Positions 9,666 to 19,023 of a DNA stretch of 64,000 nt are shown here, one piece after another. Below the pieces are notes generated by a model. The model was not told where the DNA came from and did not search any database. It saw only the letters and a program-made list of their open reading frames with translations. Positions within the stretch are counted from its first letter, which is position 1. Each line of letters opens with the position of its first letter. This stretch comes from Candidatus Heimdallarchaeota archaeon (GTDB lineage Archaea > Asgardarchaeota > Heimdallarchaeia > Hodarchaeales > Hodarchaeaceae), in NCBI GenBank assembly GCA_011364965.1, contig RDOB01000004.1:360769-424768 (forward strand). The letters are read 5' to 3'. Made by a program: the position numbers and the translations under genes.

Positions 9666-10010
9666 ATGATTAGCATAGACAATTTGGTGACTTTCACTTT
9701 GGTAGCTGTAGCACGAATTCGATTAATGAGCGCTGATGTCAGGCAGCTTGATGGAATTTGCGATGAAATGAGAAGGATCGCAGATAAATCTGGAGTAAAA
9801 ATGCGAGGACCAATTCCCTTACCTACAAAGAAATTAAATTTACCTGTAAGAAAGTCCCCAAGTGGTCAAGGTACTGCAACTTGGGAAGATTATGAGCTCA
9901 GAATTCATAAAAGATTAATTGATATCGACGCTGACGATAGAACCATGCGGCAAATCATTCGATTAAATGTTTCTCGTTCTTTATTTGTAGAGATAGAATT
10001 AAGGACATAA
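9666..10010 (+). CDS. rps10: 30S ribosomal protein S10 (uS10)
   Basis: GPIPLPTK, RKSPSGQGTATW, RIHKRLID; true start may be the TTG near 9699 after GGTGA. Confidence 0.97.
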   Translation: MISIDNLVTFTLVAVARIRLMSADVRQLDGICDEMRRIADKSGVKMRGPIPLPTKKLNLPVRKSPSGQGTATWEDYELRIHKRLIDIDADDRTMRQIIRLNVSRSLFVEIELRT

Positions 10011-10023
10011 GAGGAGTTAAAAA

Positions 10024-10596
10024 ATGAGTACAGAACCCCTGAAAGTTTTCGGATTATGGGATAGTCAAGACGTTGAAATCAAAGATATAAGTCTTGTAAG
10101 GTATATTAATTTGAAAGACCGATTAATTCCTCATAGCGCTGGAAGGCATGAACATAAACGCTTTCATAAGTCTAATGTCCACATCATTGAACGGTTGGCT
10201 AATAAATTAATGAGTCCTGGGAAGAATACGGGGAAAAAAATCTTAGCCCTAAATGCAGTTAAATCGTCCCTTCAAATAATTGAGCTTAAAACAGGGAGTA
10301 ATCCCATACAAGCCCTTGTTGACGCAATTGTAAACTGCGCTCCAAGAGAGGAAACCACTCGTATCAGTTATGGAGGAATTGTTTATCATACTGCTGTAGA
10401 TAGTGCTCCTCAACGAAGAGTTGATGTTGCTTTACGTCTATTAGCACTAGCAGTAAGACGTGCCTCTTTTAATAATGTCAGATCATTTGAAGAGATTCTA
10501 GCTGATCAATTAATCCTTGCTTCTACAAATAATGCAAACTCAACTGCAATCAAACGGAAGCAAGATATTGAGAGAGTAGCATTAAGTGCACGATAA
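10024..10596 (+). CDS. rps7: 30S ribosomal protein S7 (uS7)
   Basis: NPIQALVDAIVNCAPREETTR, QRRVDVALR, ERVALSAR. Confidence 0.98.
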   Translation: MSTEPLKVFGLWDSQDVEIKDISLVRYINLKDRLIPHSAGRHEHKRFHKSNVHIIERLANKLMSPGKNTGKKILALNAVKSSLQIIELKTGSNPIQALVDAIVNCAPREETTRISYGGIVYHTAVDSAPQRRVDVALRLLALAVRRASFNNVRSFEEILADQLILASTNNANSTAIKRKQDIERVALSAR

Positions 10597-10609
10597 GAAT
10601 CGTTTTCTA

Positions 10610-11941
10610 TTATTCAATTAACAAATCATTGACAATTCCAACTGCGATCGTTTGACCAGAATGACGTAGAATTATTCTACCTAGTTCTGGAAAATCGTTG
10701 TATTTTTCAACAACGATCGCTGATTCTAATACGATGTCTATTTCTATTAATTCATTCTCAAAAGCAATTGTAATCTTTTTTTCAAATTCTCGAGGTATTT
10801 TCTTGAATTTTGGATTTGACCGCAGGATTTTACGAATTTCTTTCAGTTGAGAGGTCGTATAAGTGGTTCCACAATGAAAAACAATTGTTGAACCTGGCAC
10901 TATCGATCCCTCAAGGATAAGAAGACGAGCTCTAACTATTTTGGGAAATTTGTAATCTAAATTCCCTGGAGCTAAAACAATTCCTTCTTCTAAGTTATCT
11001 TTATCAATATTTTTTAGTAAAATTGATCCATGATCCCCCGGTACTAATTCCGATACCTTTTGGTCCTGTACCCAAATCTCTTTTACCTCAGAATTAATAT
11101 TTAAAGGTAATAGATTAACAGAGTCTCCTGTTTTAATCGATCCTCCAAGAGTTTTTCCCATAATTAATGTTCCAAATCCATGTCTTTCGTCTAAATCATA
11201 AGAAAGAAATCTCATATTTAATTGGTCTGCAGAAGGCGTTATTCCTTCGAGGTTGTTTAATGATTCAATCAAGGTAGGGCCAGAATACCAAGGTATTTTT
11301 TCTGATGGTTTAGAAAGATTCTCTCCCATGAATCCACTTATTGGAATAAACGGAATTTTATCTATCTCATTTATCCAAGGTGATTGAATTTCTTGGAAGA
11401 GATCTTTTATGAGTTTAACTGCATTATCATAATTTTCTTTGTTATAATCTACTAAATCCATTTTATTTATGGCTACAATAATCCGTTTAATGCCTAGAAC
11501 GGACGCAAGAATTGCATGTTCTCGTGTTTGTCCACCAGGATCTTCATATCCTCCAGTTTTCAAGCCAGATTTCAAATCATTAGGAACTGCACTCACTACT
11601 AAAACACAAGCATCAGCCTGAGCTGCTCCTCGAATCATATTTTTGACAAAGTCTCGATGTCCGGGAGCATCAATTAGCATAAATCTCCTTTGATCTGTAT
11701 TAAAGGGAAAAAACGCAATATCTGAAGTTATTCCTCTAGATTTTTCTTCTGGGAGAGAATCTAATACATATGCCCATTTCCAAGATTCCATTTGATTCTG
11801 AACAGATTCTTCGTTTAATTTTTCCATTAATCGCGGATCTATTGCTCCTATTTGATATAATAAATGTCCCAAAGTTGTTGATTTACCATGATCAACATGC
11901 CCAATCCATACTAAAGAAATAGTAGTTTTAGAGTATTCCAT
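10610..11941 (-). CDS. EF1A-family translational GTPase paralog (Hbs1/eRF3-like features)
   Basis: GHVDHGKST, RGIT, DAPGHRDF, NKMD, ISG; GGQTREHA; ELGRIILRHSGQTIAVG. Confidence 0.88.
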   Translation of the reverse strand: MEYSKTTISLVWIGHVDHGKSTTLGHLLYQIGAIDPRLMEKLNEESVQNQMESWKWAYVLDSLPEEKSRGITSDIAFFPFNTDQRRFMLIDAPGHRDFVKNMIRGAAQADACVLVVSAVPNDLKSGLKTGGYEDPGGQTREHAILASVLGIKRIIVAINKMDLVDYNKENYDNAVKLIKDLFQEIQSPWINEIDKIPFIPISGFMGENLSKPSEKIPWYSGPTLIESLNNLEGITPSADQLNMRFLSYDLDERHGFGTLIMGKTLGGSIKTGDSVNLLPLNINSEVKEIWVQDQKVSELVPGDHGSILLKNIDKDNLEEGIVLAPGNLDYKFPKIVRARLLILEGSIVPGSTIVFHCGTTYTTSQLKEIRKILRSNPKFKKIPREFEKKITIAFENELIEIDIVLESAIVVEKYNDFPELGRIILRHSGQTIAVGIVNDLLIE

Positions 11942-12012
11942 GCGGGAGCACCGATTGTAGGATCCCTTATATTACAAGGGATTTTAGATAAAAATAAAAA
12001 AGAAAAAGGGAG

Positions 12013-13545
12013 TTAAGCGTATTTTCCGCGTTCTACCTTTTGAACAACTCCCACTGCAACAGTTTTTCCAGAGTCTCTCAATGCAAACCGACCTAATGCA
12101 GGTGATTGCGCAAGGGGTTCTACAACCATTGGATTAAGAGGAGTCATCCAAATCATTCCTCTTTCTCCTTGTCCAAGCTGGTCTTTTTCTTGAACTTGAG
12201 TAACTCGGCATGCAACTTGGGCTGTTCCACAATGGACTACAGGTGAGTAATTCTCATGAATACCCCATGCTACTTCCTTACCCTTTTTCCCCTTCTTTCC
12301 TAATCCTCTAACAACAAGGACTAGGGAGAGGAATGCATCAACATTCGGCCGTAATGCTACAGCTGGGTTATCAGGATCACTTAACACAGCACCTCTAATA
12401 ATATCTTTTGCGCCAACATTTTTAGTTTTAATGTTAAATCCAATATTATCTCCCGGAAGTGCTTGCGGAATATCCTTATGAAATTCTTGGAGAGTTTTTA
12501 CTGAAACCCTTACTGGTTCTATACTTTGCTTAGTTGGAGATATAACCATTTCTGAATTTGGTTTCAAAATACCTGTAGAGACTCTCCCGGTCAGTACAGT
12601 TCCCACTCCGCCGATGTTTAAGGTTTGTTGAATAGGAAGTCGAACTGGTTGTTTCGATAAAGTTTCTTTTCTAACTGCGGGAGATTCGAGTAGATCAAGA
12701 GCATCGACTAGGGAAGGTCCATCATACCATGAAAGGCCTTCAAAACCTGCTTTAATATCCTCAAACTCTTTTTCTAAAGATGTAATAAATTCAGGATCGC
12801 CATTTCCCGATTTAGCTGCTGTTAAATGCCCTTCGATGTTTTTGATTGTAATATCTTTTGATAAAAGATTTACACCGACTAAACCACTTGTTGGAACGTA
12901 TTTAATTGCCTCTAATCTCCTATCTTTGTCATCTATTTGGAGTGCTGTCATTAATTGTGTGAAGATTTCATGAATTGCCTTTTTAATCTGCTCATATCTC
13001 TTCTGATCCCAATCAACAACATCCATCTTGTTAATTGCTACTACAATGTTTGTAACACCTAAAGATGTAAGAAGGAGCATGTGTTCAGTGGTCATCCCAA
13101 TTACGTTTGCATACTTTCCTGATGCAGTACCAGCGACTTTTGTTCCATCTTCAAATTCCCCTTTCCTTGCAGAAACTACTAGTATAGCAGCATCAGCCTG
13201 CGAGGCTCCAGTAATCATGTTCTTAATAAAGTCACTATGCCCAGGGGCATCGATAAGATTGTAAATGTACTTCTTGGTTTTAAATTCCTGGAAAGATATG
13301 TTAATTGTGAGACCTCGTTCTCTTTCGTCCATTAAAGGGTCTAAAATCCACGCGTATGACCAACTGCCCATTCCTTGCGCCTTGCTATCTTTGAAGTACT
13401 TTTCTGCAATTCGCCAAGGTTGGCGTTTCTTTTTTGGATCGTGAATCTGACCGAGTAAGAACAACATATGGCCTAGTCCTGTCGATTTTCCGTGATCGAC
13501 GTGGCCAGTAACCACTAAATTCATTCTTTCGAGATCTGCCATCAT
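12013..13545 (-). CDS. tuf: Elongation factor 1-alpha, divergent with insertions
   Basis: GHVDHGKS, ERERGLTI, DAPGHSDFIKNMITGASQADAA, NKMD, PGDNIGFN, LGRFALRDSGKTVAVG; next to rps7/rps10. Confidence 0.88.
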   Translation of the reverse strand: MMADLERMNLVVTGHVDHGKSTGLGHMLFLLGQIHDPKKKRQPWRIAEKYFKDSKAQGMGSWSYAWILDPLMDERERGLTINISFQEFKTKKYIYNLIDAPGHSDFIKNMITGASQADAAILVVSARKGEFEDGTKVAGTASGKYANVIGMTTEHMLLLTSLGVTNIVVAINKMDVVDWDQKRYEQIKKAIHEIFTQLMTALQIDDKDRRLEAIKYVPTSGLVGVNLLSKDITIKNIEGHLTAAKSGNGDPEFITSLEKEFEDIKAGFEGLSWYDGPSLVDALDLLESPAVRKETLSKQPVRLPIQQTLNIGGVGTVLTGRVSTGILKPNSEMVISPTKQSIEPVRVSVKTLQEFHKDIPQALPGDNIGFNIKTKNVGAKDIIRGAVLSDPDNPAVALRPNVDAFLSLVLVVRGLGKKGKKGKEVAWGIHENYSPVVHCGTAQVACRVTQVQEKDQLGQGERGMIWMTPLNPMVVEPLAQSPALGRFALRDSGKTVAVGVVQKVERGKYA

Positions 13546-14083
13546 TATTCACCAGAATATTATCTAAATTTATCTATTTTATATTCTATAAAGCGAGACT
13601 AACCAGTATTTCTGATTTAACCTCACACCTAAGCGAGTCAAGGGAGTGCTTATCATGTTTTCGCGGCCAATTCTATCTAGTTATCAGAAATTTTGAGGGA
13701 TGATTCAAAACTAAATTAGATAGAATTTTTAATTTTTTTTTCTGCTTCTGATTTATCTAAATTAGCAAAAAAGAAGAGGTAGATCTATAAGTAAGATCAT
13801 TTTATTAATTTTAATAAGTATAATTCTTTCTTTGTTCAGACAATAAAGATGTACAATACAGATGAAAAGTTAATTGGGATATCTTCTCTATTTTCTTTAT
13901 ATTTTTTTTAATTTTAAATTAGCAAAGAAACATACCTCGAAATTATATGATATGTAACCTATTTCAATTATATTAATTACCCCATTATTGGTTTTAATAG
14001 TTTGAGATGCAGCCTAGACGTTTTAAATAGTATTAAATTCCTTCTTATTTTAAATAGATGATCTAGGGACAAGAGTGTTTTCA

Positions 14084-15100
14084 TTAATATTTTTCTGTAA
14101 GTAATGGCTTTGTTAGAAGTAGAAAATGTTCCCTTAATGTAAATTCTGCAATTTCTAAACTTTTTGCTAGGTATTTCTGAGTTAATATTCCTCTTCTTGA
14201 ACTTTTCAAGTAGCATTGTGGAAATAAAACATGTCTTGCTAATAGAATATCTGCTGCTACAATAACCGCGACTGCTAAAATGAACGGATTCCGCCCTCCA
14301 CGGTGTGAGGACGGAAATTTAGCTAGAATTTTTTTGGCTGTGATCTTTAAATACTGAAAGAAATCATTTAGGGACATATTACTACGTTTTGAAAGACGAG
14401 TTTGAATATCCTCATTATTCTTCAATCGACTGATTATGTTATCTAGATATTCTTCCGATTTTACATATCTTACCCGGATCCGAGCATATTGTCGAATAAG
14501 AGCTGCTGCTTTAATAATATCTTTCCCTAATATTGAATGTCCTTGATCTTGAGCCACTCTCACAAGTCTAATCAATTCAATATTTTCACGTCGAGATCTA
14601 ATAGCTAGATATAAGGATCCCATAACAATACTAGATAATTTTAATCGTCCTTTAAGGTCACTATGAGCTTTTCTGAAAAGGAATAGCGCATCAGACTTCG
14701 CAACCTCAGTTATCTGTAATATACTACAGATTGCACAGAGATAGCTATATCCCCGATACTCCCGTTGTCTTCCACTGAAATGAATATAGATGTCATTAAG
14801 TGACTTTAATCTTTGATAGCGTCGTTTTGCAGGGATTTTAAGCAAATTACCTCTTGAATCTGCTAAATACTTTTTTTTATAAGTATCAACGTATGTTCCT
14901 AGCGTTTTCATACTACTGGGTTTTTCACTGATTGCTGCATATTGGCTACCAAAGCTATTTTCTGTTTTTATAAGATGAATCGTGGGTTTTTCATAGATTT
15001 GATTTGCTACCAATCCACAGCTAAGACATACAATATCAGATTCAGTCTGAACCAAAATCCCTCCACATTCTAAACAATTTTTACTCAATTTAACCACCAA
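14084..15100 (-). CDS. Transcription initiation factor IIB (TFB) paralog, divergent
   Basis: Zn ribbon CLECGG...CLSCGLV; two cyclin repeats (GRNP...AVA; TQKYLAKSLEIAEFTLR). Confidence 0.85.
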   Translation of the reverse strand: MVVKLSKNCLECGGILVQTESDIVCLSCGLVANQIYEKPTIHLIKTENSFGSQYAAISEKPSSMKTLGTYVDTYKKKYLADSRGNLLKIPAKRRYQRLKSLNDIYIHFSGRQREYRGYSYLCAICSILQITEVAKSDALFLFRKAHSDLKGRLKLSSIVMGSLYLAIRSRRENIELIRLVRVAQDQGHSILGKDIIKAAALIRQYARIRVRYVKSEEYLDNIISRLKNNEDIQTRLSKRSNMSLNDFFQYLKITAKKILAKFPSSHRGGRNPFILAVAVIVAADILLARHVLFPQCYLKSSRRGILTQKYLAKSLEIAEFTLREHFLLLTKPLLTEKY

Positions 15101-15401
15101 TGAAATGTAGGTGATTAAATTTCTAAATCGAATACAGAGAGGTTATTGAACCTTCGAATATGAACTTCACTCTCTTTAGAAATGAAAAATTATCAATAAT
15201 GTCGTTCTTTATTCTTATAAATAAAAGAAAACATGTAATTTTATGTTCGTTTAACAGATTTCAGTTTATTTGTCATTTTAAAAGATAAATTCCTGAAATA
15301 TAATTCAGACATGAAAGTTAAAAAAATAAATGTAAATTAATGGTAAACAGTAGTTACATGAAATTAATTCTGTTGAAAATTCTAAAAGGAAAATTATTTT
15401 T

Positions 15402-16019
15402 ATGAAAAAACGAGATTCTAAGTTTGATAGACATGTTGGAAAGAGAGATAAGTCTCGTTTTTTCAATAGAGGCGAAAGCTATGTAATAGACTTCTATCCT
15501 CATGGAAAAACATTGAGTCGCAGAAGTTCTGGGGATTACAATCCAGTAGCAGTTGTTATAACGTCAGATTGGTTTCAATTCTTTGATGTACGCCTAGCCC
15601 TTGGAACCAGTCTCTCAATTGAAGATAAATTACACCTTAATTCTAGAAATCCTGTTATAAAAAAACTTTTTTCAACTCAATATTCCCAGTTATCTGCTTC
15701 GACGATAGAAAACTTGCCTTCCGTCATACATCGGATTGTAAATGCTTCAGAAAACCGATTTATTAAGTTCTTAAATGAAGCACATCCCTTAACCACACAA
15801 ATGCATCAATTACAATTACTTCCTGGGATTGGCCAAAAGAGAATGTGGGCTATTTTAGAAGCTCGGAAATCAAAAGAATTTATTTCATTTGAGGATTTTG
15901 CTAAAAGATCCGGGATTTCTGATCCAATATCAATTTTTTTAAATCGAATTTTACAGGAAATTGAGGATTCACCAAAATATCGCCTATTTACTAAAAAACC
16001 TAAAACTGATGAAGATTGA
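15402..16019 (+). CDS. DUF655-family RNA-binding protein
   Basis: VIDFYPHG, FIKFLNEAHPLTTQMHQLQLLPGIG HhH, KYRLF; upstream of ksgA as in other archaea. Confidence 0.9.
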   Translation: MKKRDSKFDRHVGKRDKSRFFNRGESYVIDFYPHGKTLSRRSSGDYNPVAVVITSDWFQFFDVRLALGTSLSIEDKLHLNSRNPVIKKLFSTQYSQLSASTIENLPSVIHRIVNASENRFIKFLNEAHPLTTQMHQLQLLPGIGQKRMWAILEARKSKEFISFEDFAKRSGISDPISIFLNRILQEIEDSPKYRLFTKKPKTDED

Positions 16020-16888
16020 GTAATCTAAACTATTTGAAAGAAAGAAAATTGAAGGAATATACATTAAAAATAACCAAAGATTACGCAATAACTCCTAACA
16101 AATTATTTGGCCAAAATTTTGTCATTAATATGAAATTGGTTGATGAGGTAACTTCTGCAGCAAATTTAACCAATTCAGATATAGTAGTTGAAGTGGGGGG
16201 AGGAATCGGTACTTTAACCTACTTTCTTCTACAATCATCATCAAAGGTATATGTTTATGAAATCGATCCAATTCTCTCAAGTGTTATTTTAAAAGAGTTT
16301 TATGATTATCATGATAAACTTGAAATTATAAATGATGATTTTTTAACACAAAATATCGTTAAACACACTAAAATAGTATCTAACCTTCCCTACAATATTT
16401 CCTCTCCATTTATTAACAAGGTTATACAATTAAAAGAACCTCCTAATGTTATTTCTGCAACTTTCCAGAAAGAATTTGCAAACCATCTTTGTGGATCTCC
16501 TGGTGAATCTAATTATAGCAAAATCTCTGTTTACTCCTCATATTTTTATAAATTCAATATTAGAAAGGATTTTTCAAAACAGAGTTTTTATCCAACCCCT
16601 AAAGTCGACTCGAGCGTTGTTTTTGGAGAAGCAAAAAATCCCCCTAAAATAGTGAAAACAAATGATTTCAATCAATTCCTCACTAATCTCTTCTGTCGGA
16701 AGCATAAGAAAGTTAGGAACAATCTTCAGGTGTATTTGAAAGGAAAAGGGAAATCTGATAAACTCAAGATAAAATCTAAAATTGATAATCTAGAACATAG
16801 CTCAATCCAACCTGTAAATCTTACTCCTAATGAAATTCTTAACCTCTATAAGGAGTTTAGAACTGCTTTCCCCTTAAACCTTAACTGA
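16016..16888 (+). CDS. rsmA: 16S rRNA m6,2A dimethyltransferase KsgA/Dim1
   Basis: GQNFV, VEVGGGIGTLT, SNLPYNIS, FQKEFA, FYPTPKVDS. Confidence 0.96.
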   Translation: MSNLNYLKERKLKEYTLKITKDYAITPNKLFGQNFVINMKLVDEVTSAANLTNSDIVVEVGGGIGTLTYFLLQSSSKVYVYEIDPILSSVILKEFYDYHDKLEIINDDFLTQNIVKHTKIVSNLPYNISSPFINKVIQLKEPPNVISATFQKEFANHLCGSPGESNYSKISVYSSYFYKFNIRKDFSKQSFYPTPKVDSSVVFGEAKNPPKIVKTNDFNQFLTNLFCRKHKKVRNNLQVYLKGKGKSDKLKIKSKIDNLEHSSIQPVNLTPNEILNLYKEFRTAFPLNLN

Positions 16889-16891
16889 TCC

Positions 16892-17182
16892 TTATGGAGT
16901 AAAAGGGTAAACTAATGGGAAACCAGCCAAAAAAAATGGGACTGTGACTACTATAAATACAAAACCAGTTAATATCAATTGAAATTCGAATTCTTTCTTA
17001 TTTCGGAGTAACCTATCTCCTAATTGAATTATAATCATAGTGAGGGAGATTGCTCGTACCACCCATGCAACAAATATCAATAATACCCAAAAAATTTGAT
17101 CTCCTGATTCAATTAAAAGTTGCCAACCACGAATATATGCATCCCATTGATTAAGGAAGAATATTATCATTAAAACACCCAA
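16892..17182 (-). CDS. Small membrane protein, possibly frameshifted at its 5' end
   Basis: Hydrophobic helices; adjacent to the IS end. Confidence 0.5.
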   Translation of the reverse strand: MGVLMIIFFLNQWDAYIRGWQLLIESGDQIFWVLLIFVAWVVRAISLTMIIIQLGDRLLRNKKEFEFQLILTGFVFIVVTVPFFLAGFPLVYPFTP

Positions 17183-17232
17183 ATTAAATCTACAATTAAC
17201 TTACCAAAATCGTTTATAACCACCTGAATTTC

Positions 17233-18590
17233 CAGTCTTCACGCAACACCTCCCTGAAAAGTGGGGAACGGGAAGATTTCAGTCCGTAAAAGGCGGAGAA
17301 AGTACCGAGCTATGCATTGTAGAGTATCAGCTTGCTTAATTACGAATTGAGTCTCCTCAGTGATGAATATCTCTCCATATTCCTTGATCCTATTGATTAA
17401 AGTAGAGAAAACTACCCAGAGAGCGTCAATTATGACAGCAAGTCCGTAGAAGAACAATCGGAGCTGAGGTCGAATAGTGTTCGTCACTGGTTTAAATTCG
17501 TTAATACAGCGAATATCTGTCTCTACTATCCATCTTTTACTGTACAGCTTGACTACTGTTCGGGGGGAGACCTTACAATTGGTTAAATAGAGGAACAGGC
17601 AGTACACCCGTCTTTTAATCCGTAGTTTATGTTTGGTCTTTTGGCGTACAAAGACGCCTACGAGCGGCACGCGGGTTTGTTTCTTTCCTGTCGCCACGTG
17701 TTCGACTCGAAAGGTGTCTAATCCTTTTTTTCGGGCCCATTGTCCTAACGCGAGCCGATCCTCTAGATTCACTCCCGCTTGCCCTGCTAGGTTTCGCACG
17801 CAATCTTGAATTTCCTGGGACGCTTTTTTAATGGAGCCATGCCTGATTGCTGCAAAAACGTATTCAAGGTCTCTTTCTTCCATTAGCTGGATTACATCGT
17901 CTTGACAGAAACCCCGATCGAAAAGGCATCTCTTCGCCGGTAACCAGGGAAATAAATCGTCTAAGACACGACTAATCATCCCAACTTTATATTTTTTTCG
18001 CCTATTTGTCATTAAACAAATTGAGACAGGGCAACGGATGTTTCTAGTGGCAATTGAAACGATTAGAAAAGTAACTGCATAGTATGTTCCTTTTTTCTGA
18101 CCTGTTCCTAAGACCCAGTCGTAAGACGGTTCTCCATAAAAGGGTTGCTCGTATAAATCAAAAGCTAAAGTAATTTTACTTTTATGATGGAATCTAAGCC
18201 TTGACACGACTTCAAATAGGCAATAATTGAGATGTTGCTCGATTTGCGTCATTTCCAGCCCACTGATCCGTCTATGGACAGTATCTGCAGATGGTCCCTC
18301 TGTGGTCGAACAGATGTCCTCTAACGATGTTTTCTCTAAACACACTTGCATCAAGCGTTTGTAGATATCTCTAGGCTGCCAGGTACTTCTGTGGTCGTAC
18401 TCCCCCAAAATTTGTCTTGTTTCCTTACTATCGAAAAGTTTATAAAGCTCCTTTTCTAAGAATCTCTTGGTAGTTCGTTTAAATCTCATATGGAGATGTC
18501 ACCAATCTTTATATGAGGAACTACCATCATTTAAAGGTTTCTACCTACAAAGAAGTCTTCTGTGCTAGTTCCGTAGTTACGTGAAGACTG
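17233..18590 (-). mobile_element. Insertion sequence, ISH3/IS4-like, 1358 bp
   Basis: 15-bp TIRs CAGTCTTCACG(C/T)AAC; 7-bp direct repeat GAATTTC at 17226-17232 and 18591-18597; single transposase; visibly more GC-rich than flanks. Confidence 0.92.
17239..18489 (-). CDS. DDE transposase (ISH3/IS4 superfamily)
   Basis: LAFD, LFDRGF and Y-x-x-RW-x-VE motif (YSKRWIVET); PSADTV; stop codon lies inside the TIR. Confidence 0.92.
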   Translation of the reverse strand: MRFKRTTKRFLEKELYKLFDSKETRQILGEYDHRSTWQPRDIYKRLMQVCLEKTSLEDICSTTEGPSADTVHRRISGLEMTQIEQHLNYCLFEVVSRLRFHHKSKITLAFDLYEQPFYGEPSYDWVLGTGQKKGTYYAVTFLIVSIATRNIRCPVSICLMTNRRKKYKVGMISRVLDDLFPWLPAKRCLFDRGFCQDDVIQLMEERDLEYVFAAIRHGSIKKASQEIQDCVRNLAGQAGVNLEDRLALGQWARKKGLDTFRVEHVATGKKQTRVPLVGVFVRQKTKHKLRIKRRVYCLFLYLTNCKVSPRTVVKLYSKRWIVETDIRCINEFKPVTNTIRPQLRLFFYGLAVIIDALWVVFSTLINRIKEYGEIFITEETQFVIKQADTLQCIARYFLRLLRTEIFPFPTFQGGVA

Positions 18591-19023
18591 GAATTTCAGG
18601 TTATTTTGGAATGATTAAAGATCGAGAATTCTTGACGAATTCAAGATTAATCTTGTTATAAGGGCTATATACACAATGGATTTGGAAAATGGTCAGTTAA
18701 AATATTCTAAAATCCTCATCAGGTTTCATCATCTTAATAATCATACGATCAATTTCACATTCTCTCTCTCCATTTGCATTATTACATCTTAAATGAAATC
18801 AATTGTAATATCAAGTAATTAGCTCTTCTTTTTCCCGAAATTGGTTTAAAATTCAAGCAGAAGGAAAAAAAACATTTAAAGGTAACTTGATTGTGGCCAA
18901 ATCAAATAAACAACCTCACTAACAGGTGCTAGTTTAAAGAAGAGATAATCATATCAAATTTCTTAAGTAGCTCTGTTATGAGAATCAAAAAAATTGTAAT
19001 TCAAATTTAGGCGGTAGTATTTT

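Noticed and set aside
17223-18600. Apparent 25-bp terminal inverted repeats of the IS
   Set aside because: The outer 10 bp are explained by the GAATTTC target duplication inside a palindromic target; the true ends are CAGT...ACTG
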